Positions 39,107-54,900 are shown, counted from the stretch's first letter. The stretch is 64,000 bases of DNA from Azolla caroliniana (GCA_043228905.1 JBHGNT010000022.1:9176001-9240000), one strand, 5' to 3'. Translations and numbers: made by a program. Notes: a model not told the origin generated them from the sequence alone.

Positions 39107-42100
39107 TCAAACTGTTGATTGCTTGCGCTGAATACAACAAGCACAATTCTCCTCCCCTATCTCATTAGCAATACAAGGAGCAATGATTTTGCCATCAGGG
39201 AAACAGCTTAATCTGCTTCGAATTAAATCTTCAACAAAGGCATCAAGCTTATCAACCGTAACACTAGGCATTACAACAGCATGTGCGATATTGCCTTGGC
39301 AAGCAAGTTGCCATTTGTGAACGAAAGACTCGTCTTGAGGTCTTTCAAAGACTACAGTACTACTAAGCTCATTCAGCATGGCGCCAAATCCTGCCTCTCG
39401 CAACCGATCTTTAAGATAGTGAGCATTGCGAAGGCAACGTTGAACCTCTTTCTGAAATCCTCTATAACCTTTCCTATTCAGTGTATACCACAGGAATATG
39501 GGTGCATGACCATTCCTACTACCCATTATAGTTGCATCTCTCGATGCAAGATACTCCACGTTCCTTGATAACACATTTATGTGTTCCATTCTTGTGATTT
39601 GAACACCACATGGCATAGGGCACCCCACAAATTTATGTCCAGAGACACTCACACTGCTGATCGGCTTCTTGAAGGTCACCTTTGGAGCCTGACATAAGAA
39701 ACAAAACAATCTCAGAGAGTCCGAATTTGACAATTAACAGCAACTACAAGTGATCCGTCTACAACCCCTCATCCTCTATGTATAGAGAGTGGCATAGTTA
39801 ACAACCAAAAACAAAAAAATCAAATTAATAATTATTTACCTTTTTGACAAAAGGCATCATAAGACCAAATAAGGCTCCATCACAATGAATATAAAAACGA
39901 TCCTCGGTGAAACCAGTCTCCAATAATGTTGTAATCACTAGATCTAAATCATCCACTGCTCCTTTAACAGTTGTACCTGAATATAAATTGAATGTCTCCT
40001 TCAAAACCACAATCATTGATTTGCATAGCCATATAAAATATAATATGACAGAACAAAGACCAAGGAAACGAAATCAATTACCAATGTTGACGTTGAGTAT
40101 TGCTGGTTTGTCTTTTCTCTCCTCGAGTTTAGACCTCAAATCTTTACAATCAATTTCACCTGATATGAGAGTCTCCACCTTCACAACCTCCATTCTATAC
40201 ATTCGTGCTGCCTTGAAAATGGAATAATGAGATTCTTTGGAAGCATAAAGAATGCCATCTGGATATACCTCCCTCCTATAGAACCATCGGAACAAACCAC
40301 CATGTAAGCACAATTCAACAAGCATAATTCAATGCTGGTTATAAGAACCAATGTGGAGAAATTCACGAGCATATACCCGACAAGTATGCCATGGAGGTTT
40401 CCTTCTGTACCACAGTTTGTAATATATCCCCAGTAATCTTCCTTTTCGATTTCCCAGAGTTGAGCAAACCAGTCCAATACTCCAACCTCAAATTTCCTCG
40501 AGTGAACACCATAGTTGCTTTCGATAAATGGATCACCCAAATTGTTGATAGAGAAGTGCTGCAGCTGTGACAATGCTCCATAATCGAAGTCCAAGGGATA
40601 ACCTGAAATAAGATTAGTTAGCGACCAAAAAGCTGTAACAACTTTCTTAAATTGTACATCAAATGCCAAACACAAAGCAATAAGACAATATTAAACATCA
40701 CTCTCAAATCATCATATCAAATCAACCTTGTTAGCTTGTTATTGGTAAGTTCACATTCAAAATACTGCACCAATCTTCTGATGTCATCAATGACAAATGC
40801 AACAATTACAGAAGGGAAATATAAGACGAAAAACAAATTCCTTCCACAATAGTCATTGACATCATCAGATTAACACAAGGAATTGACCGAAAAAAAGTTC
40901 AAAGACTCATGAAAAGTATAAGCAGCCTAAATCTGAGTTTTATTTTTGTTCTTATGACTTTCATCAATCTTCTCTGGTCTATTTTCAAAATAGTCACAAT
41001 GCTGTTAGAATAAAGTGGAGGAAAGCATAAATTTGGATGTTGAGAAATCACATGCTGGACATATTATGTCGTGCAAAGATCAAGTACACAAAAGGTTACT
41101 AAATTATGAAGAGAATTGTGGACGTAGGTATAGATCGACATAGTAAAATGCGGTCACAAGAGAAAAAACCAGAACTGTGTAAATAAACACATCTGTTTGT
41201 GTATGTATGCCTGGAAAATTATGGAATAAAGAGGAAGAAATCATCTTGGAACTCATAAGAGATACCCGAAAGGTTCTGGTTCAAACATGAAACAACAAAT
41301 AGTGTGAGAATACAGTGCAACAATGAATTACTTGAAGATTTCAAAGATAAATGTGTTAGAATATGCTAGGCTTCCTCAGATATAAAATTTAGAACGATTC
41401 TAATTTATGAAGAAGAGACTGTGTATCGAGGTGTAATTCGAAAGGGAAGTTGCCAGAAACGGTTGTTAGAAGTGGAATTTTGTGAAGAAAACATATTTAT
41501 GTGCATGAATGCCTGGATGAAAATGGTGGAGGAAATAACCATCTTGGACCTGAAATATAAGCTGTGTAATATGCTACGCTTGCATGTGAATCTACCAATC
41601 CTGATGCAAGATTACAGTGTAGGCGATGATAAGTGTATGGAGGCGTCGTGTATAGACCAAGAAAAGAAAGAAAGATAAAAGATAGTACAGATGAGAGAAT
41701 ATAACGGTGTAGAGAGATGTGTGCAAGGTAGACTTTTGCGTATATTTATGTAGATCAAGAATAATTGTAGAACAGGCATGGAAGTTTCAGATCTGCTGCG
41801 GAAGAAGGAAAAGAGAAAAGGAATGGAAGGTCGAGAATATTACCGAGATGATATTTAGTGCGTTCCACAAGCGTTTTGCGGTATCTAGCAAGAACACCAG
41901 CCATGAAAGCTTCTTTATCTCCAGTGAGTTCATCATCGACGCCAGGTTCCGTGATCGGGTGGCAATCGTAGTGCATATCTCGTCCCAGCGAAAATGTAGG
42001 AGAAGAAGAACCAGACGAGGATTTCTCCCCTTCTTCTTGATCAAATTCTTCGTTTTGTTCGCCTGCTTCCTCTGATTCAGAGTCGACAGAGACGAGGCTG

Positions 42101-42276
42101 ATCAGGCGGTCGAAATGATCTACAATGTGATGAGGATCGCCGAAGCCATGGGTCTGAGCAGGAGCGGAAGGGCTCTTCGTGGGATGGGAGAGAAGGTGGT
42201 GAGGGAGAGCAGGAGAAGAAGGCAGAAGAGGGGAGGCCAAGAAGCGCTTCTCGGGGACTGTAGGAGGAGCTTCCAT
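39107..42276 (-). CDS. SDC1: serine decarboxylase-like group II PLP-dependent decarboxylase (523 aa, 5 exons)
   Basis: Exons 42276-41844, 40602-40377, 40275-40082, 39976-39840 and 39688-39107 total 1572 nt, all GT-AG. Motifs [46 protein letters not shown] (PLP lysine) and GSRNGH. Confidence 0.93.
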
Positions 42277-43314
42277 GGCTGGCTATGGCGATCTGAAGCA
42301 AAAAACACAGAGAAACACAGAGAGAGAGAAGAGAGAGAGAAACGATGGAAGAAGAAGAAGAAGAAGAAGAAGAAGATACACAGAGAGAGAATCGGACGGA
42401 AGATAGGAAATGCCATTATATTTATATACAATTTTCCAGAAATAATAATTAATAATAATAATAATAATAATAAGAGAAATGAAAATGAAAATAAAGAAAT
42501 AAAGAAATAAAAGAGAAAAGAGCAAACAAAATTAAATAAAAGAAAATAGATGAGGTCTAAAATAAAATCAGATGGAAAAGTAGGAAAATGCACAATAATA
42601 AAATTTAAAAAATTTAAAAAGTGAGCAATATGAAACCGAAAATAAATAGATAAATAAAAGAGAAAAAGCAAAAAATAAATAAATTAAAGTAGAAGAGGGC
42701 TAAAAATTAAAATTAAAATTAAAATCATATTATTTATATATAATTTCCAGAATTTTAAAAAAGAAAGCAAATGAAAACAATAATAAATAAATAAATAAAT
42801 AACAGCAAATAAGTAAAGAAAGAAAGAAATAAGTAGAAGAGGGGGCTAAATAAATCGTTTGTATCTCAATTATTATTTATCATCATTTTCGTTTTCCTTC
42901 TTTATTTGTCGTTATGTGTTTTCTTCTTCTTATTCTTCTTCTTCTTCTTTTCTCCACAAAAAGCAGAACCAAAAGAGAGAGACAGAGAGAGATTCTAAAG
43001 ATACTCTGTGTCGCACGCTTTTTAGAAATTTGCATGTTCTTACCCCTCCCGGGTCCCCTCACACACACACACGAGAATCTTAATTTCTGGATATTTCCAG
43101 ATTCTACCCCTCCCCATGGACCACATGGTCATCTTTTTTTGTTAATATAAAGCACACGCGTGTGGAGGACCGACACTAAGCCAAGCCACATGGACGGACG
43201 ATGGAGCAGCCAAAATTCGCCGCCACTACATCTTGCCTCATGAAATCCTTATAGATGTCGTGACATGATCTCAAGGATCGGGATCCAGAGTCTCTCTCTC
43301 TCTTTTATCGTAAT

Positions 43315-44005
<691 letters not shown>

Positions 44006-45637
44006 TTTGTTTTTCTCTCTCTTTCTGTTACCTGTTGAGCTACATCCATTTGGGGCTCTTATGGGCCCTCTTGTGCCATGGGCCAACCTGCCCTTGAATT
44101 CAAGCACCTTTGGCTCATTGAGAAAGTGAAGAGCCGCTTCACTTATTAAGATAGCAATGATATATTTTTTTCCAATTCACGTGTTAAAAAAGAGAAGGAA
44201 ACATGGGGGGAACCTTCAATTTTAAGTCTCTTTCCTGCTCGATTGTTGGTTGGGGAGCGCCATTTACCAAGACACATCATTTTGATTCGCGACCCATGGT
44301 TCAATTTCAAAAAGATGCAAAATATAGAGCAAACAAATTGGGAGTGTGCCCCATGAGAAGCACAACGACGTCATATGGTAATGCACACCTGTATAAAGTA
44401 GGCTAAGGTACGACACTTTGATATTATTTATTGCTTTTAATGCCTAAAAGGTAAATAAATCTTGCCATTGCCACATCACATGTGATAAACTATCTGATAA
44501 CAACTAGACACTATTGTGTATCAATAAAACTCTCGTTGTGTGAACAAATGAGATGACTTTGTGATGATGCCTTGGTACTTCATTTTAAAGTATGGTCTAT
44601 GTTTTGACGTGTTAAATTTGTTCCCTATATCTCATTCAATGTGAAAAATCAATTTGCTGCGCAAAAAGTTGTTGCTTTGACCTACATGTTAAACCATTTG
44701 GGCATTTGATTCTTTCGATGTAGATCATAAACATTCAAGCCTAAATCTCATAATTAGCCTTTGAGCGAGGCAAACACTGCTAAGTTAATAAGTATGTATA
44801 CCTTATCAACAAAATTTAGAATTCTTGGTGGCCAACACTATTGTGCGCTAGATAATTAAAGTAACATGTAGGTGGCATGTTCAGCCAACCTTGACTCCTT
44901 TACATTGATCCCCATAGCTTGAACTCCCAATTTGGTTTTTAATCATAAAAAATTAGATTTAAGATGCATTGGAGAAGGGAGCCAACAGGACAAGTAGAGG
45001 TTTTTTTGTTGACTTGCGAAAACAACAAAGAGAGCATAAGGTCACATTAGAACACACAATTAATCAATGAAGATGCATATATTTATGTATATTAAGCATA
45101 GCACCAACATGTGACAACATTTGTAGGGTCGATATAATGAGATTATAGCCCACACGCTTCTAAGTGAATATATATAATAGATAGGATTCTAGAATTTTAA
45201 GTTTCCCTTCAACCACCAATCCATCAACAATATCTAATGCACTCCTTGTCACGCACTTTACCCACATAAACCATACCATCTATTTCGATTCAAAATCTAT
45301 TTTATCTTTCTCCTACATCATTTGAACTTCATTATTATTTACTTTCCATTTCTCACCACATTTGATGTTGACGTGGACATGCACATACATGTGTTAGTAC
45401 ATGGGCCCTAACCTAGGAGAGCCATTTGGTGTTCAGTAGTTCATCTCTGTTGCTAGGTCACTTGATTCCAGGAGCTCATTTCACTCCTAGTTCTCTTCAC
45501 CAATTGACTCTCATTTGAGTCTTAACTCTCTTCATTGGTAGACTCTAGTCAAAATACAATTTTAGTAATTCAGTGTGTTCAAAATTTAAAATATTTTACT
45601 TTTGCAATACAGATTCTAAGGACTTATAAAAAGTTGA

Positions 45638-45949
45638 TGTTGAGAATCAAGCTCAACTTGGTCTAGTGTGTGAACTCACCTTGAGAGTGAATAGACACTC
45701 AAACGGTCAAGAGTCACCATTATGTCACCTCTTTGTATTCTAACATTTAGTATGAGTCATAGAATCATATTGTATGACACATAACTTATGAGCTTTCACA
45801 TTCCCCATGCTCCATGAGTCATGTAGTTAATGAAGAGAGAGGGTGACTATATAAAGCACCCTCCTCCCTCCTTGTATAATGTTGTGTCTTTCTCCTTTGT
45901 TAATATACTTAACCTTGCGTATACTCTATGTCTCTCTCTCTCTCTATCT

Positions 45950-45983
<34 letters not shown>

Positions 45984-48900
45984 TCACACCTATTCCGCTT
46001 CACAAGAATCCATCTGTTGATTCTTTACATGGTATCAGAGCGATTTGGTAGCTCGATCTAGCCCATTCGCCTCATCATGATCGTGTGTTGTGCTCCACGC
46101 CAACGACCAAGAACCGGCTCATCGCTATCGTAGCTTTGCTACATAGCTCACATTCGAAGAGAGAAGAAGAAGAAGAAGAATCGACATAATGAATACTCAA
46201 ATGGGGAGTGCTCTCCCTACCGAGAAGTTGGATCGAAACAACTTCGCATCTTCGGAGTACAAAATGCACCAATACCTTGTCGAACAAGGCTATTGGAGCT
46301 ACATCAAAGGAGCGCATGAAGACCGACCTACCGAAGCGGCTCCCGAATACGCGACATGGGAGCAAGCCGCAAGCCGCGTGATGTATTGCTTGGCGACATG
46401 TGTTCACGATCACATGCTCGGCTACATTCGCGAAGCCAAGATGCCGAACAAGGCATGGGAAAATCTACGAAAGATTTTCGCCACCAACACGACCGCGAGG
46501 AAGCTTCAACTCCACCAAGAGTTGAACAACATTAAACAAAGGGACATGTCCATCACGACATACACCTTGAAGATCAAGGAGCTTTGCGACTTGCTCGGCT
46601 CAATAAGCGTAAGTATAGAAGATGATGAGATGGTGCAAATATGCCTCGGCGGCCTCGCACCATGGTTTGGCGCGATGCAAATCGTCATTCTAGCACGGGA
46701 GAAATCTCCCTCCTTCTTCGAGCTCCAATCAATGCTATTGGTCGAAGAAAACCATGTGCGTACAAGGAGCAATGAGTCGGAAGGCCACATGCTCTACACG
46801 CACTCTAATGGAGGAAGAGGACGCGGACGAGCGAGAGACCGATTTGGCCAAGGACAAGGCGGACGAGGTCCGACCTATGACAACACGTCCCAATTTCGGC
46901 CGCAAAACGGAGGCCAACGAGGAACCTTCGCAAGAAGGGGGAGCTTCCACTCTGGCCCGAGCCGTCAAAATGCAACCGAATGCGGATATTGCGGAAAGCT
47001 CGGCCACCACGAAGAAGAGTGCCGAAAGAAGATGCGTGAATCGGCTTCCACAAGCCGACAACTCACGAATTACGCACACAATTCCGACTACGAAGAGTAT
47101 AGCGGAATGTACGGGAACAACTCCGACTACGAAGATCGTGGTGGAATGTATGCACCCATTCCCGAAAGAGCGGAACGTGAGCAAAGGTCTACTCGACGTA
47201 GTCCATTCCGACGTATGGGGACCGACGCAGACGACTACATTCGGCGGATGCTGATATTACGTGCTCTTTATCGACGACTTCTCTAGGCACACTTGGATGT
47301 ACCCAATGCGGCAAAAGAGCGAAGTGTTCGGACACTTCCAAACTTTCAAGAATGAAGTCGAGAAAGCCACGGGCAGACATGTACGTTGTCTTCGATCGGA
47401 TGGCGGCAAGGAGTACTTCTCGGACGACTTCATGGCGTATCTCCGAAATGAAGGAATTCAACAAGAATTCACTTGCTGACACACTCCGCAACAAAACGGA
47501 GTAGCCGAGCGCAAAAATCGGCACATCCTCGAAGTAGCGTGGGCCATGATGAACGAGAAGCATATGCCCAAGTCATATTGGGCTGAAGCTGCAAATACGG
47601 CCGTCTACCTAATGAACCGATGCACAACATCCGGCGTGCATGAGGTCACTCCGCACGAAAAATACTTCGGAAAGAAGCCGGACTTATCACACATTCGGAT
47701 ACTCGGCGCGATAGCATACGTTGTCGTGAAGAAAATCGTCCCCTGGCGCAATCAGTGAATAGCGCACATGAACCGGCCCTTCACGTGTGCGCGCTCTTAA
47801 TGTGTATAATAGAGAATTAGGTACAGAGAGAGATCCTGGGTAGTTAGATTCGGTAGGTAGGAAGTAAATGAGGGAGACGGCTCCCTTCTTGATGCTATAA
47901 AGGAGAGGGAGACGCAGGGAGAGGGGATCGCGCATTGAGGAGGACGAAGTGCTGTTGGACAGGAACCGAACGCTTCTCCTCTGTCTGTTTTCTATTGCTC
48001 TTCTCTGCAGGTTTCGGGAGGCTCGCGTTGCTTCGAGGAACGCCTGTGTGCTTCCGGCAGCACCTCCATCCTATCCCCATTTCGCGCGCAGACGAACAGG
48101 CATCGACATCTGTTCGCCGGCCTGTTCGGTTGTAGCCGCTCACGTGTTCTGCTGTGTACTTGTTATTCGTTAATATACAAACACTTGTGTCTCCCTGTCT
48201 CTGTGTCCATTCGCGTTTTTTGTGTTGACGGGCCACGCGCCTGTGTTTCTTGGCTCATACGTGACCAAGCGTCTCTCTCCTTCTCTTTTCCCCTTCTATC
48301 ACCTACTCTTCGGTTCAAGACCCCGGTGGTCCCGCCTCGTTTCCTCACGCACGTGTGTAGTAATGCGACATCTCTGGTGAACCTGATGTGAAACAGGCGG
48401 CAGAGGAGCAGAAGATGAGGGGGTCGGATCTTGCAGAGGCCATGGCTACGGCCGTGGACCGGATAGTGAGCGCGCGCGAGGGCACCGACGCCCTTGACAG
48501 GGCTATTGAGGCGATCGTCGATACGATCGGCCGGTTCAGTGGAAAGGATGTCACAAGTTATTTGGCGTCCTACCGGGCGGAGATGTTGATGTGGGATATT
48601 CCGGAAGAGAGACGTCTTGCCGGATTCCCTCGAGTGGCGATGCCGGGCATCCATGCGTAGGTGCTCGAGGTCCGGGCGGAGAGCCGGACCTGGGAAGAGT
48701 TCGAAGGATGGCTCCTGGAGAAATACGGGTTGGATGACGCACTTTGACTTTCAAAGCGGAGCTTCATGGAGTGGGTGGAGTCCCCCAACAAAGGAAGAAA
48801 TGCGTCGGTACTCCTCCGGGAGTTTGAGGAACGCTTTGCGCGCCTTTCGGCGCTCGATCGGACTGTTCTGGACACAAGTCGTGTCCTACTGTTTGTCAAA

Positions 48901-51900
48901 TCGGTTGACACACGGGATCGGGGGCAAGTTGGCTCCTTACTGGAAACCGAAGACGGGCTGACGAGGGACGAGGCGGACCGCGCGGAGAAGCGGGTCCAGG
49001 AGGTAACTGGGTGGAGTGACCCGGTCGAAGAAAAGACGGGTTTCGTCGAAGCAGCTTGCCAGAACTACGAGGCTCTGTTTGAAGACAAACGGGTAGGTAA
49101 AAACGGAGGGGCCGGACCCTCACAGAGATACGAAACCCGATTCGGGCCGAAACGGAACGAGGTCGGTGAGTCCAGTGCCTGAGATAACCACAAGAAGGGC
49201 GGATACTGGTTGGGCACGGAGATCGAAAGGACCACGGACCTACGAAAGGTCCTGGAAGAAAGAATCCTCGACAACAAGGTGGAACTGTCGTTGCGAGAGG
49301 TGCTCGGGATAGCCAAGAAGGAGTTCCACGACTCCATCGTGGACTTGGTGAAGAGGAAGAGGCTGTCGACGGAGGTAGAACCGAACAAGCCGGTGGAAGT
49401 GCGGACGGCGCACATAGAGGACATGGCGCTGGAAGACGAGTGGGCGGAGAGCCACTATTTGAGGCCACACTGGGCCCGAGTGACCACGGAAACCCCGGTG
49501 AAAATCGGAGATGTTCAGGAACCGGTGGTGGCACTGGTGGACCACGGTTCGGAAATAAACCTGATGTCCATGGACTTCTACAAAAAGGGGAAATGGCCGA
49601 TCAACACTAAGCACGGGTGGAAGATACGGGCGGCGACGCGCGCCACCGAGGAACTACACGGGGCCTACCCAAACGTGCGAGTCAAGATCGGCGACGTCGA
49701 AATAGACCAACACTTCTTTGTGTAGGAAACGTCCTCGCACCCGGTCATTCTAGGGGAACCGTACATTACGGCGGCGCGAATGGAGACCAAGGTGCTGGAC
49801 AACGGGTCGGCTTACGTGAGGGTCAAGAGCCAGGACGGGCGTCATTCGGTCCAGTTCCTGATGGTACGACCCAACCACGAGCGAAACCGCGAGTCCCTCG
49901 GTGGCGAGAACCGAGAGGATTTTTAGAGAGGGCTGCCAAGGCGTGGGGCCGCGACAGTCCGGACACTCCGGGAAAACCCCACAAATGTACGATAAAAGTG
50001 AAACCAAAGAATCCTTGTACCATAAGTAGGAAGTTTTGTTTCTCCGACAACGGAGGGTGTACGATAGTCGGCGTCGTAGGCCGAGAAAAGACAAGGGCGG
50101 AAGAGCGACTTCGGGCGTGCGGAGTTCTCGGGCCCAGCGGGGAAATCAACGGAGCCGTGGAGGCGGTCTCCTTCGACGATACCTTGGGAATACTGCGAGA
50201 GGTGGTCGGAGAGGGCCTTAAAGAGGACCGGACGATACCGGTTTGTTAAGAAGAGATGTATGAAGTCATCACGGACTTCAGTCGAGGGCTCGAGTCGGAT
50301 TGGACGGCCCGGGTTAACACGAAGTACAAGACTGTGGACCGGAAGGTAAGGCCAGTCGCGGCACCCTTACCGGAGGGCAGCGAGTTGCGAATCGAGGGGG
50401 TCGCATCGGACCCCAGTTTACGTGATCCGGCCTGCATAGGACACACCTTCACCGACAGAACGCTACGGGAGCTCAAAATCGGTGGGGGCGGGTTCCTATT
50501 GCCGGCGGAAGAAGACCGGTTTCGGAGAATGCTCGGAAGGCACGGGAAAGCCTTCACATTCTCGCCGGAAGAAATCGGGTGCGTAGACCCGACAGTCGTG
50601 AAGCCGATGGTGATATTCACGGTACCGCATGTACCATGGAATCTCAAGCCAATTTCGGTACCGAGAGCTCACATCCTGGAGCTGATGGAGCTATTGAGGC
50701 AGAAAGTCAATATGGGCATCCTTGAACCGTTGAGTGCCCTGTACTCGATCCGGTGGTTTACTGTACCGAAGAAGAACGGGACGTTGCGCTTCATTCAAGA
50801 CCTGCAGCCGGTCAACAGAGTGACCATTCGGAACGCAGGAATCGGACCAACGATAGACGAGTTCGTGGAGGCCTTCGCCGGAAGGTCGATCTACTCGGTC
50901 GGTGATCTGTACTTGGGGTACGATCAGTTCCAACTAGCCGTAGAGAGCAGAGACATTACGACGATGCGGACTCCTCTCGACCTAGTGCGGATGTGCACCC
51001 TACCGCAAGGAGGGACGAACTCGGTGGCCCACATGGTGAATGCGATGAACAAGGTGCTGAGGGATTGTATCCCGGACATCACCATGCCATTCTTGGACGA
51101 CATCCCGGTCAAGGGATGTCCGGTGGAGGAAAAGGACGAAACGATCGGACCGGATGGATGCCGGAAATTCGTGACGACACACATTGACGACTGTGAGAGG
51201 GTGCTGCAGAGACTAGAGGACGCGAGGCTCACCTTCTCCGGGGAGAAATCGGCCTTCGGGCAATCGGAGATCATGGTCGTCGGACATCTATGCGGGGCGT
51301 ATGGCCGGAAACCATCTTCGGCCAAGGTAGAAGCCATCTCCGCTATGAAGCCCGATTGTAACTTGGTCACGGAGGTACGGAGGTTCTTGGGAGCATGCGA
51401 GTTCTACCACATATGGATCCCGCATTACGCCCACGTTGCTGAGCCGCTATACGGGTTGCTGAAAAAGGGGCAAAAATTCGAGTGGCGAGTCGAGCATACG
51501 GAGTTAGTCCGATAAATGAAGGAGGCTCTTGCTGCAGCTCCGGCGCTCCAGAAGGCTGTCTATGAGAAAGGCACCCCCGTCTACATAACGGTAGATACAA
51601 GTCCGACCGGGATCGGTTGGGTTGTCAACCAAGAAGATGAGGACGGTATTTGGTTCCCAATCCGGTTCGGCGCGAAGGTCCTCAGTGAGCGACAGCGAGG
51701 ATACGCCCAGGTTAAACGCGAACTCTGGGGTATCGTTTCGACGGTAAAGGCCGATAAAGACTATCTGGTCGGGACAGAGGTAATTATCGAGACGGACTGC
51801 CTGCCGATCCTCGGCATGGTTTTCGGATGCGCAACCCCGGACCTGGCAATGCTTAGGTGGATAGCGTACATCAAGTCCCTGGATCCGGAAATACGACACA

Positions 51901-54900
51901 TTTCCGGGAAGGACAATGCCATGGCCGACATGCTTTCAAGGGTGCGATTCGACGACGAGGGCGGCATGGTTTCGGAGGACGAGGAAGTCGGCGTAGACTT
52001 CTTCGAGGCGGCTTACGTAACAACCGAGGGGGAAAGCACTCCGACGCTTAACGATTTCAACGAGACCAAGTACGACGGGGAGTGGCTGTAGATTGGGGGA
52101 TTCTTAAGGACAATGGTGCCGGACGCATCGTGGACAAGGGACGAGGCCAACCGGATCCGGAAGAAAGCGTACCGATTCTTTCTCCGGGACGGATACTTGT
52201 GGAAGCACCCGAAGAAGAGGAACGACATCCCGCCTCGAGTAGTGGCGACGAAGGAGGAACAGGAGGAATTACTGAAGGCCTACCACGACAGCCCCTGGGC
52301 TGGGCACCGTGGGACGTGGGCCACGTTCGAGAAGCTAAAGGGGAAGTACTGGTGGCCGGGACTGTCTGTACCGGGACGTGCATCGGTTCATGACAACTTG
52401 TGAGAGCTGTCAGATGCAATCCATAATCCGACATCGGGATGAGCTTCACCCCACTTACCCTCCGGCCATCCACTTCAAATGGATGGTAGATTTGGTGATG
52501 ATGCCGATGGGCGTAGGGCAGATGCGATATCTGGTGCTGGCCCGGGAGGACCTGACGAACCAGGTGGAAGGCCGAGCCCTGCAGAACAAAACGACCGCGG
52601 CCGTGTGTTGGTTCCTGATCGAGGACGTGATATGCCGGTACGGATGCGTCGGAAAGATCGTGGCTGACCGCGGGGAGTTGGACGCCGAAGAGGCCGAAGA
52701 GCTGTTCAACTGGTTAGGGGTCAAGCTCTCGCTCACCACAGCGTACAATCCGGAGGCAAACGGGAAGGTAGAGCGCGGGCACGGGCCAATCGTCAAAGCG
52801 CTAGTCCGGGCGTGCGAAGGACAGGTCAGGAACTGGCCACGACTGTTACCCTATGCCTTGTGGGCGGACCGGACAACGCACAGTTCGGTAACCGGGTTCA
52901 TGCCGTCGGAACTCATGTTTGGACAGAAGCCGATCATGCCGATGGAATGGACGATCTCCTGTTGGGTGAACTAGAGTGACGAAATGAGTCGGGAAGAACT
53001 GCTAGCGGCGCGTATACGGCAGCTCGAGCGGAGGCCAGAGGACGTGGAACGAGCGGCAGAGAGACTTCGGACGGCGAGGATGAAGAACAAAGCCCGGTTC
53101 GACCGAACACACCGGCTCAGACCAAAGAGAATCGAGGAAGGTGACTGGGTGCTAGTCTATGACAGCAGCCTCGACAACCAGCACCGAGCAACACGGAAGT
53201 TTGCAAAGCGGTGGTTCGGGCCTTACGTGGTAACGGGCGCCAACGACAACGGGACGTATCACCTAGCGGAACTTGACGGTATGAGGATGGCGACACCAGT
53301 GGCGGGAAAGCGGATCAAAGCGTTCAAGAAGCGCCACGACGGCGAACCGGATTTGAGAGGCCTGGACAACGACGATGATCAGTCTGAGGCGGAGGACGAA
53401 CCGATGGACGAGGAACTGGAACCCGGGCCGTTTTTCTCCAACCAGAACCCAATTTTGGCGCATACCGATGGATGCGCGGTTAGGTGGGGCCGGATGTCGT
53501 GAAGAAAACCGTCCCCTGGCGCAATTGGTGAATAGCGCACATGAACCGGCCCTTCACGTGTGCGCGCTCTTAATGTGTATAATAGAGAATTAGGTACAGA
53601 GAGAGATCCTGGGTAGTTAGATTCGGTAGGTAGGAAGTAAAAGAGGGAGACGGCTCCCTTCTTGACGTTATAAAGGAGAGGGAGACGCAGGGAGAGGGGA
53701 TCGCGCATTGAGGAGAACGAAGTATTGTCAGACCGGAACCGAACGCTTCTCCTCTGTCTGTTTTCTATTGCTCTTCTCTGCAGGTTTCGGGAGGCTCGCG
53801 CTGCTTCGAGGAACGCCCGTGTGCTTCCGGCAGCACCTCCATCCTATCCCCATTTCGCGCGCAGACGAACAGGCATAGGCATCTGTTCGCCGACCTGTTC
53901 GGTTGTAGCCGCTCACGTGTTCTGCTGTGTACTTGTTATTCGTTAATATACAAACACTTGTGTCTCCCTGTCTCTGTGTCCATTCGCGTTTTCTGTGTTG
54001 ACGGGCCACGCGCCTGTGTTTCTTGGCTCATACGTGACCGGGCGTCTCTCTCCTTCTCTTTTCCCCTTCTATCACCTGCTCTTCGGTTCAAGACCCCGGT
54101 GGTCCCGCCTCGTTTCCTCACGCACGCGCGTAGTAACGCGACAACGTGCACATCCCCGACGAGAAGCGTCAAAAGCTTGACCCGAAGACGGAGAAATGTA
54201 TCCTCGTAGGATACTCACTGGAGCAAAAGGGGTACAAGTGCTACAACCCTTCAACTCGAAAATCTCGAGTAAGTCGAGGCATTGTTTTTGACGAGTCCGC
54301 ATCTTGGTACGCACCGGAGACAACTCTGACTCTAACTCCGCTCGACCCGGAATTCACCGAACAAGAGATCGAGGATGAAGAACGCCTTACGCGCATATTC
54401 GAAGAAAGTCCGATCACGACCCGATTGAGCGGACCACAAGAGCCTTTGAGCGATCAAAGCACATCATGGCCTAGCCCGAAGATGGACAAAGGCAAGGCGA
54501 AAATGGCGGAATATGAAGACGATTGCTTCGATGATGATGAATCGACTCACTCACTCGATAGTGAGTTCGGCAGCTTCGATGTACCAATCGGAGCTAAGAA
54601 AGCCCTCATCTCTGCAAATGAAAAGCTCCTCCGATCCACTTGTGAAAAGAACCCCGTAAGCCGATTCGGCTACAACGATTATATGGCGTACCATTACGCC
54701 TTTATGATGAAGGTAGTAACAATACGGGAGCCGGAAACCTTTTCCGAAGCACCCAAGGATCCACGATGGATCCAAGCCATGAACGAGGAGATGTAGGCAC
54801 TACGCAAGAACGAGACATGGGATCTCGTTCCCACCTCACCACACAAAAAGGCGATCGGATGTAGATGGATTTACAAAGTGAAGTACACCGCCGATGGTTT

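Noticed and set aside
39107-42276. histidine decarboxylase
   Set aside because: Plant proteins of this family are often auto-annotated as HDC, but characterised members act as serine decarboxylases.
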